A stretch of 64,000 nucleotides of DNA from Syntrophobacteraceae bacterium (GTDB lineage: Bacteria; Desulfobacterota; Syntrophobacteria; Syntrophobacterales; Syntrophobacteraceae), in assembly GCA_049300095.1 (NCBI GenBank), contig JBAQYM010000202.1:5890-69889 (forward strand). Direction: 5' to 3'. Positions 54,004-62,247 of the stretch are shown here, piece after piece. Made by a program: the position numbers and the translations under genes. The stretch's first letter is position 1; each line of letters opens with the position of its first letter. Below the pieces are notes generated by a model. It made no database searches. It saw nothing but the letters and a program-made list of their open reading frames with translations, and had not been told where the DNA came from.

Positions 54004-55247
54004 ACATGGGTTACGAGGTTTTCATAAGCATTCGTTACCTGCTCGCCAAACGCCGCCAGACGTTCGTGTCGCTCATCACTTTCATTTCGGTGGCCGGGGT
54101 CGCGGTGGGCGTCACGGCGTTGATAGTGGTGCTCGCGGTGATGAACGGATTTCACGACGACCTTCGAAACCGCATCCTCGGCATCACGTCGCACGTCAAT
54201 ATCGGCAGCTTCGGCGGCGTCATTCCCAATTACAAGGAACTCATGCGCGAGGTCGAAAAGGAACCCGGGGTGGTGGCGTCCACTCCTTTTATATACGCGC
54301 AGGTCATGATCACGTCGGGGCGAAGCGTTTCCGGGGCGGTCCTGCGCGGAATCGAGCCTCTTTCGGCATCGAAGGTGATAAAGATCGAGGAGAACCTCAT
54401 CCGCGGGAACCTCGCGGACCTGGTTTCCGGGCCGCGCGAGAAGGGCGAGGCGGAGCATCCGGGAATAATTCTCGGCGTCGAGCTTGCCAACAACCTGGGC
54501 GTGCGCACCGGGGACTGGATAACGATAATTTCGCCCGCGGGCAGGCTCACTCCGATCGGGCAGATCCCGAAGAGCAAGCTCTTTCGCGTGGTCGGGATCA
54601 TTCAGTCGGGCATGTTCGAATACGACAACACCCTGGGCTACGTGAGCCTGGCGGCCGCGCAACAGTTCATGGGAATCGGGGACACGGTGACGGGCGTCGA
54701 GGTGAAGGTCACCGACATCTACAAGGCGAATGAGGTTGCCAAGCGTATCAAGGAGCGTCTCGGCGCCCCGTACTACGTCCGGGACTGGATGCAGATGAAC
54801 AGCAGCTTCTTTTCGGCCCTCAAGCTCGAAAAGGTGGTCATGTTCGTCATCCTCACGCTCATCATTCTCGTTGCGGCCTTCAACATCGTGAGCTCGCTCA
54901 TAATGCTGGTCATGGAAAAGGGGCGGGACATAGCCATTCTCAAAACGATGGGGGCCACGACGGCAAGCATCAGGAAGATATTCGTACTGGAAGGATTTCT
55001 TATCGGCATATCCGGCACGGGCCTGGGGGTGCTGGGAGGGTTTTTTCTGTGCGCCCTGCTCAAGCGCTACCAGTTTATCGATCTTCCTCCGGGCGTGTAT
55101 CACATATCCAAGCTTCCGGTAAAAATGGAAATGTTCGATGTGCTGACGATCACGTTTTCGGCGATTCTCATAAGCCTGGCAGCCACGCTGTACCCTTCGC
55201 GCAAGGCCGCCAGGCTCGATCCCGCGGAAGCTCTGCGCTATGAATGA
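54000..55247 (+). CDS. Lipoprotein-releasing system permease (LolC/LolE family, FtsX-like)
   Basis: FISIRYLLAKRRQTFVSLITFISVAGVAVGVTALIVVLAVMNGF and the C-terminal FtsX helices. The ATG overlaps the lysS stop. Confidence 0.85.
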   Translation: MNMGYEVFISIRYLLAKRRQTFVSLITFISVAGVAVGVTALIVVLAVMNGFHDDLRNRILGITSHVNIGSFGGVIPNYKELMREVEKEPGVVASTPFIYAQVMITSGRSVSGAVLRGIEPLSASKVIKIEENLIRGNLADLVSGPREKGEAEHPGIILGVELANNLGVRTGDWITIISPAGRLTPIGQIPKSKLFRVVGIIQSGMFEYDNTLGYVSLAAAQQFMGIGDTVTGVEVKVTDIYKANEVAKRIKERLGAPYYVRDWMQMNSSFFSALKLEKVVMFVILTLIILVAAFNIVSSLIMLVMEKGRDIAILKTMGATTASIRKIFVLEGFLIGISGTGLGVLGGFFLCALLKRYQFIDLPPGVYHISKLPVKMEMFDVLTITFSAILISLAATLYPSRKAARLDPAEALRYE

Positions 55248-55968
55248 GGGCAGGCAGTCCATAGAAGTCCACACCCTGGGACTTTCAAAAATATTCGGAA
55301 GCGGCCCCAACGCAATCGAGCTGTTCAACAACCTCGAACTTGTCATACGGAGCGGCGAGCGCGTGGCCGTCATCGGGGCGTCCGGGGCGGGGAAATCGAC
55401 ACTCCTGAATATTCTGGGTACGCTTGAGAGGCCCACCAGCGGGAAAGTCCTTTACGGCGGGCAGGACATTTTCCTGTGGGGCGAGCGGGAACTGGCGAAT
55501 TTTCGCAACCGCAATATCGGGTTCGTATTTCAATTCCACTATCTGCTTCCGGAATTCAACGCCCTCGAAAATGTCATGATGCCGGGGCTGATCGCGGGGA
55601 TTCCCAAGGCGGAGGTGAAGGACCGGGCAACGGATCTCCTGGTCAGGCTCGGCCTGTCCGCGCGGCTGACGCACAGGACCGGGGAGCTTTCGGGAGGCGA
55701 GCAGCAGCGGGTGGCCGTTGCGAGGGCTTTGCTGCTCCAGCCCAGGCTGTTCCTGGCCGATGAGCCGAGCGGAAACCTGGACAGCCGTACAGGGCGCACG
55801 CTTCATGAACTGCTGGTTTCGTTGAACGAAGACCTCGGGGTGACCATGGTCATCGTGACGCACAACCAGGAACTCGCGTCGATGATGCACCGGGTTTTAC
55901 GCTTGAAAGACGGGCATTTAAGGGAGAACAACGTTTCCGCCGGCACGTCTGCCCCGACGTCAGATTAA
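55240..55968 (+). CDS. lolD: Lipoprotein-releasing system ATP-binding protein
   Basis: Walker A GASGAGKST, signature LSGGEQQR, Walker B LFLADEPSGNLD. Confidence 0.9.
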   Translation: MNEGRQSIEVHTLGLSKIFGSGPNAIELFNNLELVIRSGERVAVIGASGAGKSTLLNILGTLERPTSGKVLYGGQDIFLWGERELANFRNRNIGFVFQFHYLLPEFNALENVMMPGLIAGIPKAEVKDRATDLLVRLGLSARLTHRTGELSGGEQQRVAVARALLLQPRLFLADEPSGNLDSRTGRTLHELLVSLNEDLGVTMVIVTHNQELASMMHRVLRLKDGHLRENNVSAGTSAPTSD

Positions 55969-56204
55969 GGCCTGGAGCGGCTTTACGGGGTCTAAAAGAA
56001 TTCTGTTGGGTGGGCGGAAAGAAGGTGGTATTAGAGAGTGCGTGGGGCACGAGCCGGGAAATCCGCGTGAAAATAGCACTCGTTTTCGCAGGGGCATGGT
56101 GGCGCCTTGGGCATGCGGCGTTACCGCACGCGACTTGATCGGCCAGTCGTGAACGGATGGTCGTATCATAAGGAACAAGCGGTCAGAGCGGGGGGGCAAA
56201 GAAC

Positions 56205-58871
56205 ATGGTGGGCTGGAGAAGGGTTGGGGGACTCGTATGGCTATTTGTCTTTGTTTTGCTCGCGGTCCCGACAGGATGGTGCCAGGACCAGCCTACAAAG
56301 GTTGCCGTCTTGCCATTCGTGATTCACGGCCAGCAGGACGTGGTGAAGGCGCAGAAGTCCCTGGATGAAGTCTTCACACGGTTGCTCGCGGGTGAGGGGA
56401 TAAAGCTTATCGACCCGCAGGAGGCCGAAAGAACCGCGGGGGGAGCGGTGCGCACGGAAGAGCAGGCACGTTCCGTCGGCGGTAAGCTCGGGGCCGCTTA
56501 TGTCCTGTTCGGGAGCTTCAACCAGATCGGGAATTCCATAAGCCTCGATGCCAAGCTGGTTGACATTTCCGGAAAGAAAAAAACGGTGGTGCTTTTCGCC
56601 GAAGAAAAAGGAATGGAAAACCTGCCTTCGGCGGCCGGCAAGATTGTGCGGCAGATGAGCGTGCAGGTGCTTTCGAAAGCCGTTATCGCCGACATCAAAG
56701 TCAGGGGAAACGACAGGATCGAAGCCGATGCGATAAAGGGAAGCGTCAAGAGCAAGAAGGGCGAGCTTCTCAAGACTGAAACGGTGAGCGAGGATTTACG
56801 GTCAATCCACAAGATGGGGTTCTTCGAAAAAGTGGACGCCGAGGTTGCCGACAGCCCCGAGGGGAAGGTCCTTACCTTTGTTGTTCAGGAAAACCCGAGC
56901 GTCCAGGAAGTAAGAATCAGCGGCCAGAAAAAAATAAAGGAGAAAGACATCCTGGCGGCTATCTCCACGAAGGCTTACACGGTGCTGCAGCGCAATGTGG
57001 TAAGCGAGGACGTGCAGAAGATAATCAAGCTCTATCAGCAGAAGGGCTATTATAACGCGGTGGTGAATTCGAAGATCGAATTTCCCAAAGATCCCCGCAA
57101 GGCCCTGGTTGTCTTCGATATAAAGGAAAACCATAAAGTCTATATCAAGAAGATCAACTTCAGCGGCAACAAGAATATCTCGGGCCGCAAGCTGCGCAGC
57201 GTCATGCAGACAAAGCAGAAGAGCATCCTGTCCTATATCACCGACCGTGGAATCCTGCAAAAAGACATCCTGGAAACCGATATCGACCGCATAACCGCCT
57301 TCTTCCACGACGAAGGCTACATGGACGCCAAGGTCGGCTCTCCGGACATAAGCCTCAAGGATGACGGTTTTTACATCAGCATAACCCTGGATGAAGGAGC
57401 CAGGTACAAGGTGACCTCGATCAAGATCACCGGGGATGTGCTTGAGGGTTATGAAAAGAAGATAATGAAAAACCTCCAGTTGAAGCCTAAATCGTACTTC
57501 AGCCGCGAGAAAGTCCGTAAGGACATAGATACGGTCACGAAGGGCTACATGAATGAAGGCTACGCCAGGGTCGAGGTGGACCCCCAGATCAAGCGCAATC
57601 AGGAGGACCACACCACCGACGTTGTCTTCAATGTCGTGAAGAAAGATGTGATCCGCATAGCGAAAATATACATCACCGGGAATACGAAAACCCGCGACAA
57701 CGTTATCCGGCGCGAGCTCAAGATTGCGGAAGGGACGACCTTCAGCGCCAAAAAGATCGAAGATAGCCTCGCCAAGCTCAAAAAACTCGATTTCTTCGAG
57801 GATGTGAGCATTGCGCCGACCGACACCGACCAAAAAGACGTGATGAACCTGCTTGTAAAGGTAAAAGAGAAGCCGACCGGGTCGATCAGCGTTGGCGGCG
57901 GGTTTTCTTCGGACGACGGGCTTTTCACCAGTGGGCAGATAATGCAGAAGAACCTGTTCGGGAAAGGCGAGGTGGTCGCCCTCAAGGGCTATCTCGGCCA
58001 GGAAGCGCAGCGCTACATGTTGAGCTTTACCGAGCCATGGATCTTCGGCAGAAACTTCTCGGCGGGAGTCGATATCTATAACTGGATCAGGGCCTACGAA
58101 GATTTTACCAAGGACGCCTACGGCGGCAGGCTTCGCGGCGGCTTTCCCTTCGGCCAGTATAGCCGGGTAAATCTGTTCTATGTTTTTGAAAGGGCTCACC
58201 TGACCGACCTGAGTGCGGTATATCAGGAGTTGGGCTTCACGACCGGATACGAGATCAAGAGCGCGATTGGCGCGGGGTTCGAACGTGACACCACCGACCA
58301 TCCGTTTTTGCCCACAAAAGGGGCCTACATCGGCGCCATTTCGGAACTATCGACCCGCGCGTTCGGGAGCGACACCGATTTTCTCAAGCATGAATACCAT
58401 GCTGGATACTACCATCCGTTATTTTGGGTTTTTATCGGGCATATCCGCGGTGAGATGGGTTTCATGCATGAACTGGTGGGTACGAACAGTATCCCCGTGT
58501 ATGAGAATTTCTTCCTCGGCGGCATAAATTCGCTGCGCGGCTTTCAGTTCGGGCAGGTCGGTCCCAGGGAGTTCCTCAGCGACGGCTCATCCGCTGTCGT
58601 TGGCGGTGACAAGTATGCGGTGGCGAACTTCGAAGTGCTCTTCCCGATCATGGAAAAAATGGGTATACGAGGCGTTGTCTTCTTTGATGCCGGTAACGCT
58701 TATGCTTCCGGTGAGTCGATAGATGTCTCGAAATTCAGGACCGACATTGGTGCGGGAATTCGGTGGAATTCTCCGTTCGGACCTCTTCGAATAGAGATAG
58801 GGTACAATCTTGATCAGCAATTCGGTGAAGAGCCCTATCAGTGGCAATTTTCAGCGGGAGCTTTCTTTTAA
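56205..58871 (+). CDS. bamA: Outer-membrane protein assembly factor BamA
   Basis: Signal peptide, POTRA repeats, C-terminal beta-barrel ending QWQFSAGAFF. Has an extra ~140-aa N-terminal domain. Confidence 0.9.
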   Translation: MVGWRRVGGLVWLFVFVLLAVPTGWCQDQPTKVAVLPFVIHGQQDVVKAQKSLDEVFTRLLAGEGIKLIDPQEAERTAGGAVRTEEQARSVGGKLGAAYVLFGSFNQIGNSISLDAKLVDISGKKKTVVLFAEEKGMENLPSAAGKIVRQMSVQVLSKAVIADIKVRGNDRIEADAIKGSVKSKKGELLKTETVSEDLRSIHKMGFFEKVDAEVADSPEGKVLTFVVQENPSVQEVRISGQKKIKEKDILAAISTKAYTVLQRNVVSEDVQKIIKLYQQKGYYNAVVNSKIEFPKDPRKALVVFDIKENHKVYIKKINFSGNKNISGRKLRSVMQTKQKSILSYITDRGILQKDILETDIDRITAFFHDEGYMDAKVGSPDISLKDDGFYISITLDEGARYKVTSIKITGDVLEGYEKKIMKNLQLKPKSYFSREKVRKDIDTVTKGYMNEGYARVEVDPQIKRNQEDHTTDVVFNVVKKDVIRIAKIYITGNTKTRDNVIRRELKIAEGTTFSAKKIEDSLAKLKKLDFFEDVSIAPTDTDQKDVMNLLVKVKEKPTGSISVGGGFSSDDGLFTSGQIMQKNLFGKGEVVALKGYLGQEAQRYMLSFTEPWIFGRNFSAGVDIYNWIRAYEDFTKDAYGGRLRGGFPFGQYSRVNLFYVFERAHLTDLSAVYQELGFTTGYEIKSAIGAGFERDTTDHPFLPTKGAYIGAISELSTRAFGSDTDFLKHEYHAGYYHPLFWVFIGHIRGEMGFMHELVGTNSIPVYENFFLGGINSLRGFQFGQVGPREFLSDGSSAVVGGDKYAVANFEVLFPIMEKMGIRGVVFFDAGNAYASGESIDVSKFRTDIGAGIRWNSPFGPLRIEIGYNLDQQFGEEPYQWQFSAGAFF

Positions 58872-58885
58872 GGAGTTGAGAAGAG

Positions 58886-59413
58886 ATGAGGAAACTTTTC
58901 GGTTTGGTCGCCCTGGCGACGGGTATTGTCTTTGGGTTTTCGGCAAATGCGGTTGCGGCGAGTGGTTCTGTGAAGATCGGCTACGTCGATATAAATGGCG
59001 CCGCCGCGCAGTCCGCGTGGGGCAAGAAGGTGATCGATCAGCTCAATAGAGAAAAGGAAAGACTGAGCGGCGACCTCGATCAGAAGGGCAAGGCGTATAA
59101 GGCCGCCAGGGAAGAATACGAGAAGAAAAAGGACGTGATGGACGAAAAGGCCAAGAGCCGGAAGCAGAAAGAGATTCAAGACATGGCCGTTGAACTCGAA
59201 AGACTCGCCACGGATGCGAGCCAGCGGTTCAACAAGGATGCTAGTGACGCGCGAGCGCCGCTTTTTCAGAAAATCCAGGATATTGTTAAGAAAATCGGTA
59301 GGGACGACAAATATGACTTCATCCTCGAAAGAGGCAGCCTTCCCTTTGCGAATGAAAAGGACGATCTGACCAAGCGGGTTGCGAGCGAGTTGGATAAATC
59401 CGCCCCGAGGTGA
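58886..59413 (+). CDS. skp: OmpH/Skp periplasmic chaperone
   Basis: Signal peptide and a Lys/Glu-rich coiled-coil. Canonical position between bamA and lpxD. Confidence 0.8.
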   Translation: MRKLFGLVALATGIVFGFSANAVAASGSVKIGYVDINGAAAQSAWGKKVIDQLNREKERLSGDLDQKGKAYKAAREEYEKKKDVMDEKAKSRKQKEIQDMAVELERLATDASQRFNKDASDARAPLFQKIQDIVKKIGRDDKYDFILERGSLPFANEKDDLTKRVASELDKSAPR

Positions 59414-59441
59414 TCCAGGGACTGTATTTGCCCGGATATCC

Positions 59442-59480
59442 GACAAGGCGGCGGCAGGCACAAGGGCCGCCGCCTTTGTC
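59442..59480 (+). terminator. GC-rich hairpin after skp (possible terminator)
   Basis: GACAAGGCGGCGG-loop-CCGCCGCCTTTGTC, with no clear T-run. Confidence 0.35.
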
Positions 59481-59543
59481 AGGCCTGACAGGGTGCTGAA
59501 AAAGGGAACTCCCGGTAAAGAAGCGGGTGAAAACACCGAGACA

Positions 59544-59712
59544 CGTCATTCCGGCGAAAGCCGGAATCCAGCGGGGCCGCCCAGTCCTCGGACAGGGTTT
59601 GAACGAGTATGAAACTTCATGACCCCATGAAGTTTCATAAGAGGTGTTTTAGGTGTAGATTCAACGGATTGGGACCGATTTATCCTGGATTCCGGCTTTC
59701 GCCGAAATGACG
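59544..59712. repeat. Nested palindromic element (CGTCATTCCGGCGAAAGCCGGAATCC arms)
   Basis: Arms at 59544-59569 and 59687-59712 are reverse complements, and each contains its own CCGGC-GAAA-GCCGG hairpin. Central palindrome TATGAAACTTCATG...CATGAAGTTTCATA at 59609-59640. Confidence 0.65.
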
Positions 59713-59875
59713 GACGTACCGATCTCCGGCCCAATTCCGGTTATCAGGAAGACTTTTTCGGCGCCCCGCTAAGTGCGTCCCGTCTGTGCCGCGGCGTTGT
59801 TTTTGAGGTTGTGCCCGTCCGGCCCCCGTCAGAACGTGTCAATGCCCGTGCGGCCTTTCTGGCATATGTCCGATT

Positions 59876-60973
59876 TTGCCGATGGAAACCGATTTGAGCG
59901 AGAATATCACTGCCAGGGATTCCTTTTCGCTACGCGAACTCAGCGTCCTGGTTGGCGCGGAACTCAAAGGGGACCCCGATCTGCGGGTATGGGGGATAGG
60001 GCCTCTCGAGAGCGCCTCCGCCGACCAGTTGAGTTTCGTTACGGATGCCCGCCACCGTGACCTCATCGTCGAATGCGGGGCCGCGGCCCTTATCGTCCCG
60101 CCCGCGTTTCGAGATCTCGATCTCAACCTGCTCATCACCAAGAATCCCTATCTCGCCATGGCCAAGGTTGCGACGCTTTTCCTCGGCGGGCGGGAGGAGG
60201 AATTCGCGATACACCCGAGCGCAATTATCGGGGATGGAGTGGAGTTCGGCGGCCGGGTCGCCGTCGGAGCTTATGCGTGTGTCGGTGAAGGCTGCCGAAT
60301 TGGCGCCGGGACGAGAATAGGCGGCGGATGCCATTTGGGGTGGGATGTGCGGGTGGGCGAGGGCTGCCTCATCCATCCCAGGGTAAGTATTCTGGATGGG
60401 TGTCTACTGGGAGACCGCGTCATAATCCACAGCGGGGCGGTAATCGGGGCTGATGGGTTCGGGTATGCCCCGGACGAGCGGGGAAGGTATTTCAAAATTC
60501 CCCAGACAGGTATCGTCCAGATCGACGACGATGTCGAGATTGGGGCAAACGCCACTATCGACCGGGCGACCTTTGGCAGGACGTGGATAAAGCGCGGCGC
60601 GAAGATAGACAACCTCGTGATGATCGGCCACAACTCGACGGTGGGAGAGGATAGCGCCCTGGCCGCGCTGGTTGGCGTCTCGGGGAGCTGTCGCATCGGG
60701 GACCGCGTGCTGATGGCCGGCCAGGTCGGGGTTGCAGGGCATCTCGAAATAGGGGACGGGGCAAAAATCGGGGCCAAATCCGGGATCTGGCGCTCTGTCG
60801 CGGCCGGGCAGACCGTATCGGGATACCCCGCGCTGTCGCACATCGAAACATTCAGGAACCTGGCCAACGTGCAGCGTCTGCCCAAGCTTAAAGAGGAATT
60901 AAAGCGCCTCAGGGAAAGGGTGCAAAAAATCGAGGAGGCCTTGAAAGAGGATGATGGACATAGTCGAGATTAA
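59876..60973 (+). CDS. lpxD: UDP-3-O-acylglucosamine N-acyltransferase
   Basis: N-terminal LpxD domain ([33 protein letters not shown]) followed by left-handed beta-helix hexapeptide repeats. Confidence 0.9.
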   Translation: MPMETDLSENITARDSFSLRELSVLVGAELKGDPDLRVWGIGPLESASADQLSFVTDARHRDLIVECGAAALIVPPAFRDLDLNLLITKNPYLAMAKVATLFLGGREEEFAIHPSAIIGDGVEFGGRVAVGAYACVGEGCRIGAGTRIGGGCHLGWDVRVGEGCLIHPRVSILDGCLLGDRVIIHSGAVIGADGFGYAPDERGRYFKIPQTGIVQIDDDVEIGANATIDRATFGRTWIKRGAKIDNLVMIGHNSTVGEDSALAALVGVSGSCRIGDRVLMAGQVGVAGHLEIGDGAKIGAKSGIWRSVAAGQTVSGYPALSHIETFRNLANVQRLPKLKEELKRLRERVQKIEEALKEDDGHSRD

Positions 60974-61400
60974 GAAGATCCTTCCGCACCGCTATCCTTT
61001 CCTCTTTGTTGACCGGATACTGGAATGCGGCAACGACGGTGTTGTGGGGATCAAAAACGTCACCGGGGACGAACCGTTTTTCCAGGGACATTTCCCCGAG
61101 CGCCCGATCATGCCGGGCGTTCTTATCGTGGAAGCGATGGCGCAAACAGGCGGGATTCTTGCGTATACGATCGCCCCACAATACAAGGACAACGCCATCT
61201 ATTTCATCGGGATAGACAAGGTTCGCTTTCGCAGGCCTGTCGTACCCGGAGATCAGCTCGTCATGAAATTAAAGGTCCTGAAGCAAAGGGGCGGTCTTTT
61301 CAAAATGAGAGCGGAAGCCTTCGTCGACGATCAGCTTGCCGCTGAAGCCGAACTGATGGCGACTATCGATGTCAATTACGAGGGCGCAACAGGCCAATAG
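60951..61400 (+). CDS. fabZ: 3-hydroxyacyl-ACP dehydratase
   Basis: [14 protein letters not shown] ... [23 protein letters not shown]. Confidence 0.9.
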   Translation: MMDIVEIKKILPHRYPFLFVDRILECGNDGVVGIKNVTGDEPFFQGHFPERPIMPGVLIVEAMAQTGGILAYTIAPQYKDNAIYFIGIDKVRFRRPVVPGDQLVMKLKVLKQRGGLFKMRAEAFVDDQLAAEAELMATIDVNYEGATGQ

Positions 61401-61467
61401 GACGCCATCATGGGGCGGGCCGTGAAAGGCCGGCCCGGTCTTGCGCGTGGTACCGGAGATTAACGGA

Positions 61468-62247
61468 ATGCAAATTCACCCAACCGCCATAGTGTCTCCC
61501 GACGCGGAGCTGGCGGAGGATGTCGTAATCGAGGCCTACAGCATTATCGGGCCAAAAGTGAGTATTGGTTCGGGGACCGTTGTCGGGCCGCACGTGGTTA
61601 TCGAGGGAAAAACCTCGATAGGTGTTGGAAACAGGATTTATCCCTTTGTCACCATCGGTTTTCCTCCTCAAGACATTACGTATCGAGGCGAGGAAACCGC
61701 GGTTGTGATAGGAAATGACAACATTATCCGCGAGAATATCACGATCCATCGCGGATCGACCCTCGGTGACGGCATAACCCGCATCGGCGATTCGAATTAC
61801 CTCATGGCCTACGTGCACGTCGCTCACGATTGCCGGATCGGGACGAAAGTCATCATGGCGAATGCGACCACCCTCGGTGGTCACGTCGAGGTGGGCGATT
61901 GCGCGGTCATCGGCGGGGTGGTCGTCATCCACCAGTTCGTCAGGATAGGCGAATACAGTTGCCTTGGAGGAAGGACCGGCGTGCGTATGGATATTCCTCC
62001 ATACATGCTTGCCTCGGGGACCGAAGGGGCAAAACTTTTCGGACCCAATATAATCGGTCTCAGGCGCAATGGCTTTGCACAGAATACCATCAGCGCCCTA
62101 AAGAAATGTTACCGGATCATTTTTCGTTCGGGGCTTACGGTCGAGGATGCCCTTGAAAAGGTGCGCCGGGAGGTCGAGCCGCTGGCTGAAGTTGAAAGGC
62201 TGGTTGATTTCGTCTCGAGCAGTTCCAAGAGAGGATTGACGAGGTAA
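61468..62247 (+). CDS. lpxA: UDP-N-acetylglucosamine O-acyltransferase
   Basis: MQIHPTAIVSPDAELAEDVVIEAYSIIG hexapeptide repeats plus a C-terminal helical domain. Start reset from the TTG at 61441. Confidence 0.9.
   Translation: MQIHPTAIVSPDAELAEDVVIEAYSIIGPKVSIGSGTVVGPHVVIEGKTSIGVGNRIYPFVTIGFPPQDITYRGEETAVVIGNDNIIRENITIHRGSTLGDGITRIGDSNYLMAYVHVAHDCRIGTKVIMANATTLGGHVEVGDCAVIGGVVVIHQFVRIGEYSCLGGRTGVRMDIPPYMLASGTEGAKLFGPNIIGLRRNGFAQNTISALKKCYRIIFRSGLTVEDALEKVRREVEPLAEVERLVDFVSSSSKRGLTR

Noticed and set aside
52378-55436. Long minus-strand ORFs (400 aa and 526 aa) across lysS and lolC/E
   Set aside because: The plus-strand genes are unambiguous (class II aaRS motifs, FtsX-type permease). The antisense ORFs lack starts with an RBS and lack motifs.
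56802-58301. 499-aa minus-strand ORF inside bamA
   Set aside because: It is a shadow ORF. BamA on the plus strand has a signal peptide, POTRA repeats and a terminal aromatic residue.
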